IMG/VR virus record: IMGVR_UViG_2928929829_000001 | Coordinates: 16 to 64,015 of that record | Direction: 5' to 3' (one strand) | Origin: a virus | DNA length: 64,000 nucleotides | Part shown: one piece after another, positions 46,652 through 55,727 of the stretch | Layout of the letters: each line of letters opens with the position of its first letter | Numbering within the stretch: the stretch's first letter is position 1 | Made by a program: the position numbers and the translations under genes | Notes under the pieces: model-generated | The model's input: only the letters and a program-made list of their open reading frames with translations | Told to the model about the DNA's origin: nothing | The model's database searches: none

Positions 46652-49600
46652 TTAAATTGATCTAGCGTTCATCCACGGATTAAAATAAGCAACTGTTTGA
46701 CTTCTTAACATACCTACCCACATTGCATTATCAGGTAAAGTAGTACCAAATTTTAAAGTACTGTCACCGGAAGTTAAATACATTATTCTTGAATAAGTAT
46801 TATAGGCATTAGCCCAGGTAGCTTTTAAAGCTGGATTATTACATACTACCCATCCTTTTAAAAGTATACTTACTACTTCTGAATTCTGTGTAGTACATAT
46901 TCCTATAACAGTACCTCTACTAAGTAATGTTGTTCCAACTGTTTCCCATGTAATATTATTATAATTGAATACCATAGCTTTATTTACAAAGTTGGTAGTG
47001 TCCTCATTTGTGTATTCATTCTCCCATATCTCACCTTTTGCTTTATGAATTGATGCTTCTAAGTTCAAACCCATTTCAGCAATATTACTGCTGATATTTA
47101 TAACAGTTTGCATATTACCATCAGTTGATATTTTATCAGAACCATTACCTCCATTTTCCTTAACATAACCTACATCTACTAAGGTATTGTCTTTGGTAAA
47201 ATCGATGAGATGTCTATTATCCTCATCATAGTATTGTCTACCGTAATTCTTGGTACTTCCGTCTCTAAAGAACTCGTGTGAATTGCTTCTAATAGTTGGG
47301 GAATAACCATTGCCCATTATAAATATTGGAAGGTTGCTCGTGTTCACTTTCGCGATTTCCACTACTTGACTTAAAGGTCTTGAGAAATTACCAACTACGG
47401 TACAGCCGGCTTGCATGTTTACATTACCGTATCCAAATACGGCGCCATAAGGAGCTAGGTTACTTGAATAGTTCCCTACAGCAATTCCATGAGAAGCCCC
47501 AGAAATAGCTTGTAAACCAAATGCAATTGCAGAATTACCATAAGCATTTGCGCCGCTCATAAAAGCAAAAGCATTATATGCTCCCGCATTCGCTCCGGGC
47601 CCAATAGCTATAGCATTTAAAGATGAAGCAGAAGAGTTCCAATCTTTAACTCTTAATCCACCTTGAGTAGTTTTTTCGAAAATCTCCAAACCTGAAGCAT
47701 TTAATACTCCATTAACTAAAGACATGTTGCTACCAAGTGCAATTGTTTCAATCGCTCCTGTTCCTGCAGAACTTCTTCCTAATATTGTCCTAGTAGGGAT
47801 ATCTTGTATTTTCGCAAAAGTGACAGCCTTGTTTGCAATAGTTAATACGTTTGAATTCTGAGGTGAAGTTACGTTTCCAGTTAGTGCGGCTCTTTGGAAT
47901 GTTGTTCCTACTAAAATGTTTGATGCTGTACCTTGATATGTGGTATTTGTAGAACTGATTGAATTGCCTGCAATTTGAATATTTGCACCCGCAGTCAATG
48001 TTTGAGTAGAATATCCTAATGACGTTACGAATTCTCTAGATGCTATTTGTCTCCAATCTCCTGTACCATCTCCTGATTGAAACCAAAGATTATCTGAGTT
48101 ATCTCTAGCTCCTAGAATTCTTGTCGATACACCTAAACTACCAAATGATATTAACCCACCAACATTTAAAAATGGACGATTGGCCGCAGCTGTACTCACT
48201 GTTGCAGAGAAGCTACCTACTGGAGAAGCCTTTAGATTACCTGAATAATTTTCAGCATAAGATGGGGTACTCCATTTAAGAGGGTGATACAGGCCAGAAT
48301 GATCTCCCCATCCAAAAGCTGTTTGTCCGTTCAATATCCTTGAATCATTACCTTGTGCAAAAGTATTTACAATTGACCCGTACTGTGGTAATATTACATT
48401 TGATGGTGATACTACAATTCCGTTATTACCTGTGTACGGTCTATTATCTATATTATACCACCCAAATATACTTGGATGTACAGGTGTAATTGAACTAACA
48501 CCTACTCTCATCCTTTCTACCGTTACATTAATAGGATATGAACTAGTATGAGATGTTGCTACTTTAGGTATACCATCTTCTAATATTAAATATGGATAAT
48601 TAATTGTTCTAAAAACAGAACTCAACTCAACTAATGCCCAAGTAGTACTGCTACTTGGATACACACCAAACACACAACCATTTATAGTTCCTGTACCTGT
48701 TGTAAATAAAGTAACTTTATAAATATACCCATTTGGTGAAGATGTTAATACGTTACCAAGTAATTCATCTCTAAGTGCTTTTTTACTAGTAATTGAAACC
48801 GTTTCATTATAAGAATAACTTCCAGAACCTATTCCATTACTATAACCTTTATCATTATGTAATACATTTGACATTGTATCACCAGTCTTCTTAACGTAAA
48901 GATCTGTATTTATACTATTCCACTTATCAATATCTGTTTGTAATAAATTACCGCTATGATAAACTTGAAACCAATCACTCCATTTACCATTTTCTAAATT
49001 TCTATAAGAAAATCTATTACCCCTTGATCCTAATTGAAAACCATAAACATCTAAACCTCTAAATGAAACAACTGTTGAATTTGCATTTTGTGGTCTATTT
49101 GCACCGGTACTATAAAAAACGGAGTCGGTTATGTCATTCACATCTAGTGCAGAAGCTTTTGATGTTATTAAAGTGTTTCCGCCAAAAGGCATATACTTCT
49201 TAGCAATATTTTCTTCAGTAGCAATAGTCTCCCAATCATTAAATGTTGTAGCAGTTGCACCTGTTCGAATCTGGACTTTTTTAGTATTAGTTGAAGATGT
49301 CCATAATTCAAAAGATCCTAAAAAGTTACTACTACCACCTCTATTGAAAGCGAAACCTCCACCTAAAGCAGTTGGATAACCTATTGAATTTGCAACGTTT
49401 GTAAACACCGTTAATCCTGCACCTTTACTTGTATTAGCATCTTGTCTTTGTTCAGCAAATAAAGATACTAGTCGTATATTATTTCCACCACTAATGCTAA
49501 TATCGCCTGTTTGTGGACCAACAATCAAAGTCTGCAATTGATTAACTATAGGCTCAGTACTAAGGGATCCATCGTCTAATGCAACAACACTGCGAATACC

Positions 49601-50473
49601 ATCGCCCTTTAATGAACTTGCTCCAATTCTATCTGAACTACCCATAAAACCAAAGAATCCGTCATCTCCATTAATAGTTCTATCATTCAGATATCTCGTA
49701 ATACCCCATCGACTCATATTACCAGTTCCTGCTGATATAGCTCCTATAGTGTATGTGACATTCCTAGTAGTTAAATTATGCCTAAGTATACTTTCAGCTC
49801 TACTGTTTATAATTGAAGAAGTTATAGAGAAACCTCCAGTATCTCTGACCTGTAAAGTGTTTCCTGCTAAAGGTCTTGTTGATACACCATTCTTATCTGC
49901 ACTTAACCATCTATTAGCTAAACTATTTATGTTTGGATCATTTCCAACAGCATACGAAAGCCCATCTGCGTTACCTGCATATATGGTTCCAGCAGTTGTT
50001 TTATATCCAATTGTTGCGTTTATTGGAGTTACAAGTCTTTCAATAAATAAGGGGGTTGAATCAGTAGTAGATATTGTATCTCCTGATTTCTTTACATAAG
50101 AATTAAAAAGAGGTGAATCATCAAACACGACTTGAGCGGTGTCCAGATCTGCTCTTGCAATCTTACGGAAAGCAGGCGTACCATTCATTGATACCGGTGC
50201 CATCAGCATAGTACCTTTAATTTGACTAGCTAACGAAACCGTTAAATCAGTGTGTCCATAATCTAGGGAAGTTGTATTAAGATTGAAAATTGAAGGGAAA
50301 GCAAGCGAAATACCAGGTATATAAGCTTCCTTAGGAAGAATCGAGATATCTCCTAAGCTTCTTTTAAACAAATCCCCTTCCTTTTCAACTATAACAGAAA
50401 AACTACTTTGAGAAACCGGTAGTTTTTCAATTTTTAAATCTCCTTCTATTATGGTATTGCCCTTAATATTCAT
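46652..50473 (-). CDS. Tail fibre / receptor-binding protein
   Basis: 1273 aa G/S/T/N-rich mosaic; 'YVKKxGDT' repeats, knob-like segments, YadA-head-like 'AIAIG..ANA' repeats near the C-terminus. Confidence 0.8.
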   Translation of the reverse strand: MNIKGNTIIEGDLKIEKLPVSQSSFSVIVEKEGDLFKRSLGDISILPKEAYIPGISLAFPSIFNLNTTSLDYGHTDLTVSLASQIKGTMLMAPVSMNGTPAFRKIARADLDTAQVVFDDSPLFNSYVKKSGDTISTTDSTPLFIERLVTPINATIGYKTTAGTIYAGNADGLSYAVGNDPNINSLANRWLSADKNGVSTRPLAGNTLQVRDTGGFSITSSIINSRAESILRHNLTTRNVTYTIGAISAGTGNMSRWGITRYLNDRTINGDDGFFGFMGSSDRIGASSLKGDGIRSVVALDDGSLSTEPIVNQLQTLIVGPQTGDISISGGNNIRLVSLFAEQRQDANTSKGAGLTVFTNVANSIGYPTALGGGFAFNRGGSSNFLGSFELWTSSTNTKKVQIRTGATATTFNDWETIATEENIAKKYMPFGGNTLITSKASALDVNDITDSVFYSTGANRPQNANSTVVSFRGLDVYGFQLGSRGNRFSYRNLENGKWSDWFQVYHSGNLLQTDIDKWNSINTDLYVKKTGDTMSNVLHNDKGYSNGIGSGSYSYNETVSITSKKALRDELLGNVLTSSPNGYIYKVTLFTTGTGTINGCVFGVYPSSSTTWALVELSSVFRTINYPYLILEDGIPKVATSHTSSYPINVTVERMRVGVSSITPVHPSIFGWYNIDNRPYTGNNGIVVSPSNVILPQYGSIVNTFAQGNDSRILNGQTAFGWGDHSGLYHPLKWSTPSYAENYSGNLKASPVGSFSATVSTAAANRPFLNVGGLISFGSLGVSTRILGARDNSDNLWFQSGDGTGDWRQIASREFVTSLGYSTQTLTAGANIQIAGNSISSTNTTYQGTASNILVGTTFQRAALTGNVTSPQNSNVLTIANKAVTFAKIQDIPTRTILGRSSAGTGAIETIALGSNMSLVNGVLNASGLEIFEKTTQGGLRVKDWNSSASSLNAIAIGPGANAGAYNAFAFMSGANAYGNSAIAFGLQAISGASHGIAVGNYSSNLAPYGAVFGYGNVNMQAGCTVVGNFSRPLSQVVEIAKVNTSNLPIFIMGNGYSPTIRSNSHEFFRDGSTKNYGRQYYDEDNRHLIDFTKDNTLVDVGYVKENGGNGSDKISTDGNMQTVINISSNIAEMGLNLEASIHKAKGEIWENEYTNEDTTNFVNKAMVFNYNNITWETVGTTLLSRGTVIGICTTQNSEVVSILLKGWVVCNNPALKATWANAYNTYSRIMYLTSGDSTLKFGTTLPDNAMWVGMLRSQTVAYFNPWMNARSI

Positions 50474-50475
50474 AA

Positions 50476-51681
50476 TTAGCCTTTTGGAATAATTACTATT
50501 TTCATTTTGTTTAAACCAGGTGCTTTACCAAAATAAACTCCAATTGTGTTTACATCGATTATTGAATAATCAACTAAACATTTTTTCTCTTGTGGAAGCT
50601 CAAAAAAATCAGCTATTAAATCTTTAGTATTAAGATCATGTTTTATAAAATATTCAATAGAGCTAACACCTCCAAAGACTTGTACATATCCTTTATTAGT
50701 TGCACTGGCATCCATTACCAATTTCACCTTTTTAGGAGTCATGATTGTGGTATCATCGTTTGCATCAAGTGCCTGAATAGCTGTTGATATAGATGCTAAT
50801 CCGGTTCTTGTTTCTGTAGCTGTACGAGAAGACAAACCTTCTGATGTTATTGCTTTTTTGTTATCCTGACCTAGCTGAACTTCTGCAGCAGTTGCTATCA
50901 TTAGAAGTCCCAAAACTGTGGTAGTGGCTTGGTCTGTATTAGTCTGTAATAAAATGTAATCGTTGGGATTTGTATTTATTGGGTTGTTCTTAAAGGCCTG
51001 AATTAAGTCTCCCACTTGAAATGGATTTCCTTGAATTGTACCTGCAACCGATACTCTCCAATAATCACCATTTTTTGTACTGGCATTACCCGGGAATACA
51101 TTATTTGCATTAGCATCCCAGCTTCCTTGCGGTCTACCTAATCCAGCATACGTTGAATCAATATAAGCTTTAACTGCGCCTGATGTTACAAGTGATTGTC
51201 CATTAGCTCCAGAAAGGTCATTAGTATTAATTATTGGAATAGCAGAACTCGAGCCAGTACCCGCAACTACACGTCCAATCACCGTCATTGTAGGGATATC
51301 GTTTATCTTAGCGAATGTTATGGCCTTGTCCGTTACCTTAACAGTTGTAACTGCAGCATCCTTGATCTTAGAAGTAGAAACTCCTTGATCTTTGATAATA
51401 AGCAGACCGTCTTTTATTTCGATGGTTGTATTATCAATATTGAGATCAATAGTCGCAATACCGTCAACAGTTTCAATTTTAATTCCACCGTCTGAATTAT
51501 ATATTTCTAAAATTCCTCCAATAGCCTTCCATTCGGTACCATCGTACCTCATGATGAACTTAGACAATGTATTATAATACACTTGTCCTTCTACTGGCGA
51601 AGCAGGATTTTGACTTCTTTTGTCACATACGAAATTGATTATCGCGTTCTGGTCGGCATCTAATATGTTTGTTAACCTCAT
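50476..51681 (-). CDS. Tail fibre / hub protein
   Basis: 'VTTVKVTDKAITFAKI' and 'ATETRTGLASIST' fibre repeats. Confidence 0.65.
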   Translation of the reverse strand: MRLTNILDADQNAIINFVCDKRSQNPASPVEGQVYYNTLSKFIMRYDGTEWKAIGGILEIYNSDGGIKIETVDGIATIDLNIDNTTIEIKDGLLIIKDQGVSTSKIKDAAVTTVKVTDKAITFAKINDIPTMTVIGRVVAGTGSSSAIPIINTNDLSGANGQSLVTSGAVKAYIDSTYAGLGRPQGSWDANANNVFPGNASTKNGDYWRVSVAGTIQGNPFQVGDLIQAFKNNPINTNPNDYILLQTNTDQATTTVLGLLMIATAAEVQLGQDNKKAITSEGLSSRTATETRTGLASISTAIQALDANDDTTIMTPKKVKLVMDASATNKGYVQVFGGVSSIEYFIKHDLNTKDLIADFFELPQEKKCLVDYSIIDVNTIGVYFGKAPGLNKMKIVIIPKG

Positions 51682-51688
51682 TGTTTAC

Positions 51689-52117
51689 TTATTTGATTAA
51701 TATAAATCCGGTCTCCTGCTTTGAAAATCTGACTGTTACATTATTTAGATCGGGTGAATGTTCTACAGATGTAAATACCTGCTGAACTCCTACAACCACG
51801 ACTACATCAACTATTACCCCTTTCCCATGTACTACAATTACTTCTTTTAGATTACTAAACTGATATGTCTTACCGCGAGCATCTTCGATTGTTGCAAATG
51901 GACCAGCTTCTGTACCGTTACCATCATTAACTAAATCAGAAGTGTTTTTAGGCATTTCAAGATTTTCTTCAATTGCATCTTGAATTACTTCGACAACTGA
52001 ACTTAAAGGATAGGTCTTTGTCCTTTTTCTGTCCTGAGAATCAGTCCCAATAAGATAATCCTCAAGCGCGACTTGCTTGTCTTCGGGATATGCTTCTTGA
52101 TTACTAATCTTTGCCAT
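51689..52117 (-). CDS. Tail-associated structural protein
   Basis: 'DYLIGTD...TKTY' N-terminal motif common in Bacteroidetes podovirus tail proteins; first gene of the fibre-lysis operon. Confidence 0.55.
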   Translation of the reverse strand: MAKISNQEAYPEDKQVALEDYLIGTDSQDRKRTKTYPLSSVVEVIQDAIEENLEMPKNTSDLVNDGNGTEAGPFATIEDARGKTYQFSNLKEVIVVHGKGVIVDVVVVVGVQQVFTSVEHSPDLNNVTVRFSKQETGFILIK

Positions 52118-52141
52118 AATAGATAAATACTATTCTTTAAA

Positions 52142-52190
52142 CAAAGATACTAGATATTTTATATCAATTGGTATATCTGATATATATTTG
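52142..52190. promoter_or_regulatory. Divergent promoters sharing the tripartite operator, site 5
   Basis: Minus-strand CAAAGATA at 52142-52149; TTATATC-AATTG-GTATATC-T-GATATAT at 52159-52185; plus-strand TATATTTG at 52183-52190. Confidence 0.75.
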
Positions 52191-52214
52191 TAATAAAAAA
52201 CAACCCACATAATT

Positions 52215-52817
52215 ATGGCCAGTAAGAAAGAAACTATTCAGCGAATACAACCTAAAGCAATGGAGATCGTTAAAGAGAAAGGAATTATATTAAAGGAAGT
52301 CGTATTAAATGAAGGAAATGATTCGAGCAAAGAAGCTGCTTATACACATCAGAAGTTTATTCAGGTATTCAAGGGATATGATTTTTTAGAAAACATGGCA
52401 TTTGTACGGACCCATATTATGAAGAAGTATGAAATTAAAACAATCAATCTTTTAGAGATACTACTTTTCCTATTCCCGAAGAATTTATTTACCATCTATG
52501 ACTATAGAGATATTGGACATATTAGATTTACTTACAAAAGGCTTAACGTACTCGTGAAGTTAGGATATGCGGGAATTGCATGTCATGGCCGTAATCAAAA
52601 CGAGCACTTGTATGTATTGACTGCAAAATCGAGAAAGATTGTAATTGAGTTTTATGGGATGTTATCTGGAGAGATTCCAGTTCCGGAAGATGTATTGAGG
52701 GAATCTAATGTAGTGAGTGATTTGAAGAAAGCAGATGTGATTAAAAAAATTAACCTTTTAATACCTTCTGAACCTAAGCGAACGCTATGGTCTAAACGAA
52801 AAAAAGCCACTGATTAG
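52215..52817 (+). CDS. Winged-helix (MarR-like) transcription regulator
   Basis: 'LLEILLFL...YKRLNVLVKLGYAG...HLYVLTAKSRKIV' wHTH pattern; solitary plus-strand gene in the late region. Confidence 0.65.
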   Translation: MASKKETIQRIQPKAMEIVKEKGIILKEVVLNEGNDSSKEAAYTHQKFIQVFKGYDFLENMAFVRTHIMKKYEIKTINLLEILLFLFPKNLFTIYDYRDIGHIRFTYKRLNVLVKLGYAGIACHGRNQNEHLYVLTAKSRKIVIEFYGMLSGEIPVPEDVLRESNVVSDLKKADVIKKINLLIPSEPKRTLWSKRKKATD

Positions 52818-52827
52818 AGTGGCTTTT
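52801..52827 (+). terminator. Intrinsic terminator
   Basis: AAAAGCCAC-TGATTAGA-GTGGCTTTT. Confidence 0.75.
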
Positions 52828-53061
52828 GTATATTATATAACTAACACAAAATTAGTTAAAGAATTATTAAAAATAAACAGCTTTTTATTTGTATATGTTA
52901 AAATAAAAGCGTACCTTGCGAACCTATTAATCCCTAAATAAAAGGGACTAAAAATATATTGTCTTAACCTAAGTTCATATACATCATGCAAAGAAAAAAT
53001 CAAGTTAAAAACCTATGGATCCGGGTAGTGACCAATATTTTTAATTCTAATTTTCATAACA

Positions 53062-53151
53062 ATGAAAGACAAAATTTCGGCTACGGCTAACGTTTTGAGA
53101 ATAACATACTATGCGACCAAGCTGTGGATGTTATTCAAAGAAATACTCTAA
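53062..53151 (+). CDS. Possible 29-aa amphipathic peptide
   Basis: MKDKISATANVLRITYYATKLWMLFKEIL downstream of TTTG-N20-TACCTTGC (52888-52919). Confidence 0.35.
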   Translation: MKDKISATANVLRITYYATKLWMLFKEIL

Positions 53152-53231
53152 TAAGTTAACGAGATAAATATCTTTGAACAACAGTAAAAGACATTTAATT
53201 TTATACCGCTGTATAAAAAAACTTAAAAACT

Positions 53232-53266
53232 CAATCATTATTGTACTGGTAATACAATAGTGATTG
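53232..53266. terminator. Probable bidirectional terminator
   Basis: CAATCATTATTGTA / TACAATAGTGATTG stem flanked by A and T tracts. Confidence 0.6.
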
Positions 53267-53361
53267 TTTTTTTGTTCTCAAATACAGTACAAATATACAA
53301 TTAAATTATTTTAATTCTAGCCTTTAATTAAAATATTTGTGTAAAAAGTTTTTCATATAGA

Positions 53362-53610
53362 TTAAAATACGACATCAATATCCTCAGATTCCTTCAAAAC
53401 CAAGTATTCAACACCTTCTTCAATCATCTGCAAACCATCGGAATACTTGAACTTTCTAACAGTATCACCTACTTTTACACTCTTCACTTTTGCTCCGATT
53501 TTCATTACTCCGAAATCATTATCTTTTTCATGATTAGTTGGTAAAATTAGTCCACTTTTAGTTTCTTGAGCAATTTTCTTGCATAATAATCTATCTCCTA
53601 GTAGTTTCAT
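53362..53610 (-). CDS. groES: Co-chaperonin GroES
   Basis: 'MKLLGDRLL..K..QETKSGLILP...VKVGDTV...GVEYLVLKESE'; start re-assigned to 53610. Confidence 0.85.
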   Translation of the reverse strand: MKLLGDRLLCKKIAQETKSGLILPTNHEKDNDFGVMKIGAKVKSVKVGDTVRKFKYSDGLQMIEEGVEYLVLKESEDIDVVF

Positions 53611-53612
53611 TT

Positions 53613-53720
53613 TTAAATATTTTGAAGAAATTCGTACAGTTTTTTGTTCCATTTGGCATCTGCAAGAGCATTATGCGCATCCGTTTCTTTAGGATAATTG
53701 TGTTGGTTTTTAAGGTAATT
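53613..53720 (-). pseudogene. C-terminal remnant of a DEDDh 3'-5' exonuclease (Rv2179c-like)
   Basis: Alternative frame reads NYLKNQHNYPKETDAHNALADAKWNKKLYEFLQNI*; ExoIII 'HNALADA.W' motif present, ExoI/II absent. Confidence 0.6.
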
Positions 53721-53913
53721 AATGGATTCTTGCAAATTCCCCTTCTTTCCAAAAGCATATAAACCGCGATGGAGATGTAACTGTGTCTTCATCGGGATTA
53801 TACTGTAACCGGGGAACGTTAGTTACATCAACCTCTTTATTTAGCTTCAAGCAGAATATTTTCTTCGCCTTGCTAAAGTGTTTTTCTATCTTTTTTAAAT
53901 CTTGTGCGTTCAT
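53719..53913 (-). CDS. Hypothetical protein
   Basis: MNAQDLKKIEKHF... 64 aa; start re-assigned to 53913. Confidence 0.55.
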   Translation of the reverse strand: MNAQDLKKIEKHFSKAKKIFCLKLNKEVDVTNVPRLQYNPDEDTVTSPSRFICFWKEGEFARIH

Positions 53914-53971
53914 CTTTTTATAATAAAAAAGGCTAATCAATACCAGCCTTAGTGTTATCGTGATTTGGTAG

Positions 53972-54184
53972 TTATTCTACAACTTCCCAGTTTTCAGCAA
54001 ACAACTCAATCATTGTTTCTTTCCATGGAACATTCCCAAAACGACTCTCAACATATAAATATGGCGCAGTCATTTTACTGTTCTCGTCTGGAAATTGAGC
54101 CCTTACCACTACATCTTTATTCTATTGTGGTAACCTCATTCCTTTACTCTTTTTTACTGATTCTAATGCTTGACCGAAATTCAT
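53972..54184 (-). pseudogene. tad2: Tad2-like (DUF2829) anti-defence sponge gene with in-frame amber codon
   Basis: MNFGQALESVKKSKGMRLPQ*NKDVVVRAQFPDENSKMTAPYLYVESRFGNVPWKETMIELFAENWEVVE*; TAG at 54122-54124 where the family has Trp. Confidence 0.75.
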
Positions 54185-54201
54185 AATTATTCTGGTTTTA
54201 G

Positions 54202-54555
54202 TTAATATAATTTTGGTGATCTTACATCAAACTGTACTGGTACAATCTTTAAATTTAAAAGCGGTTTGTCGGATAAGTAATAAGACTTAACAAACGCATC
54301 TACAATTGATTTTTTGTTATTCGATCGTTCTAAAATCTCGTTGTATTCCGTAATCCAATCTGGAGGAATTGCCATTTTAGATTTACTGTATTTTACAATA
54401 GTTTCGACTATTTCCGTTAAGCGTTCGTCGTCTATTTCGGCTTGTGAACGAATCGGTTTAGGTTTATCTAATTCCATTTGCTTTTTTATATACTCGTGCC
54501 TTTCGTAAATAGCCTTTGGAGTCATAAAAACTGTTCCGTGTGTTTTAAATGCCAT
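54202..54555 (-). CDS. Hypothetical protein
   Basis: 117-aa ORF in operon. Confidence 0.65.
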   Translation of the reverse strand: MAFKTHGTVFMTPKAIYERHEYIKKQMELDKPKPIRSQAEIDDERLTEIVETIVKYSKSKMAIPPDWITEYNEILERSNNKKSIVDAFVKSYYLSDKPLLNLKIVPVQFDVRSPKLY

Positions 54556-54556
54556 A

Positions 54557-54877
54557 CTACTCTATTTTAAATTTGATAAATTCACTTCCTTTTTTCACGA
54601 CCGTTTTTAGTATTTCTAAACGGTAAACATCCTTGTCATTGATCCCGTATCTCTTCTGTAGAATATCTAAAAAAGGTTTAACCGGATTATCGATATCGGC
54701 CCCAGAATTACTAAAACCAAATTCGATTTTAATTGAATAAGGTGGGAATGCTTCTATTTTTTTCGGCAACATAAACAGAACCGCATTTTCATAAATCTTG
54801 TAAGCATCCGTTTTAAAACGTCTTCCTTTCCAACACTCATTAACAGACAAGGGCTTAATTTGGACTGTGTACATCAC
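54557..54877 (-). CDS. rusA: RusA-family Holliday junction resolvase
   Basis: 'KPLSVN', 'DIDNPVKPFLDIL', 'NDKDV' motifs. Confidence 0.85.
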   Translation of the reverse strand: MMYTVQIKPLSVNECWKGRRFKTDAYKIYENAVLFMLPKKIEAFPPYSIKIEFGFSNSGADIDNPVKPFLDILQKRYGINDKDVYRLEILKTVVKKGSEFIKFKIE

Positions 54878-55059
54878 TCAATTTCTTTACCCATACCATC
54901 CGAAAAGGCGCCTTCTTGATAAGCTTGAATTTTCCAATCTCGACTCTTGGTATTTGATTTTATTTTTAAATATTCCGAAACAGTCATTTTCTTTTTCATT
55001 ACCACTTCAACTACTGTTTCCGGAGCCAGACCTAGCGGTATTTTACTTTGCTTTGCCAT
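54874..55059 (-). CDS. Hypothetical protein
   Basis: MAKQSKIPLG... 61 aa; start re-assigned to 55059; ATGA overlap with rusA. Confidence 0.55.
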   Translation of the reverse strand: MAKQSKIPLGLAPETVVEVVMKKKMTVSEYLKIKSNTKSRDWKIQAYQEGAFSDGMGKEIE

Positions 55060-55072
55060 GTGATAATATTTT

Positions 55073-55246
55073 AAAACACCCGAACATCTGTTTTTTATAA
55101 CTGTGTATGAAAATTTACTAAACCAACACAGTAACGCTAAACGATCAGATTTTCTATAGCTCAACTACTCTACAGGCTATATCAAGAGAATAGGTCAACT
55201 TCAGACCGGCAGTTCCTGTTCCGACTTATCGGGATTCGGGTGTTTT
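55073..55246 (-). ncRNA. Candidate structured RNA downstream of tRNA-Asn
   Basis: Closed by a 12-bp perfect stem AAAACACCCGAA/TTCGGGTGTTTT with nested ATCTG/CAGAT, ACTGTGT/ACACAGT, TATAGC/GCTATA and CCGA/TCGG helices. Confidence 0.5.
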
Positions 55247-55253
55247 TAATTCG

Positions 55254-55326
55254 CGGACTCATTAGGATTCGAACCTAAGACCTAACGATTAACAGTCGTT
55301 TGCTCCACCAACTGAGCTATGAGTCC
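55254..55326 (-). tRNA. tRNA-Asn(GTT), CCA not encoded
   Basis: GGACTCA/TGAGTCC acceptor, GCTC/GAGC D stem, AACGA-CTGTTAA-TCGTT anticodon arm, TTAGG-TTCGAAT-CCTAA T arm. Confidence 0.95.
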
Positions 55327-55360
55327 AAAAAAATCCTTTTTGGCTAGAAAAAGGATTTTT
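55327..55360 (-). terminator. Terminator-like hairpin upstream of tRNA-Asn
   Basis: AAAAATCCTTTTT...AAAAAGGATTTTT inverted repeat with an A tract on the left. Confidence 0.55.
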
Positions 55361-55375
55361 ATATTTGATGTAGTA

Positions 55376-55702
55376 TTAAATTGCCCTCAACTTATCCCTG
55401 GGGACATTAATCGGAATTCCCGATTTATTGACTGAGTTTGCAGCGAATTGACTTTTTAATGTATATAATTTCGATTTACGTTCGATGGGGACTTTTTCAA
55501 TTCCCTGCCTAAACCCGAAATAAACACTTGTAGCCAAAACATCTGCATTTGCAAACAACACTACCTTAACCTCCTTTGAAACATCACTAGAAATGACGGC
55601 TTCAATTTTTGAATTTTTGGCCAGGTCGGAGGAGTTAAAACCGAATCCCGCAATACTGAACAAACAGAACAGTAAAGAAAAAAGCCAAGCTCTCGCTTTC
55701 AT
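55376..55702 (-). CDS. Small secreted/membrane protein
   Basis: Hydrophobic signal-like N-terminus 'AWLFSLLFCLFSIAGFG'. Confidence 0.6.
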   Translation of the reverse strand: MKARAWLFSLLFCLFSIAGFGFNSSDLAKNSKIEAVISSDVSKEVKVVLFANADVLATSVYFGFRQGIEKVPIERKSKLYTLKSQFAANSVNKSGIPINVPRDKLRAI

Positions 55703-55727
55703 TATCGTAATTCAAAGAACGAATTTG

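Noticed and set aside
53972-54184. Genome-wide amber recoding (as in some crAss-like phages)
   Set aside because: Several genes end cleanly on TAG next to the following gene or a terminator (e.g. 5903, 12606, 13156, 52817); long ORFs are intact in code 11; no suppressor tRNA.
55073-55246. Hammerhead, theta/HDV ribozyme or SAM riboswitch
   Set aside because: Partial strings (CTGAAG, GAAA, ATCAAGAG) are present but not in the required order or with the required helices.
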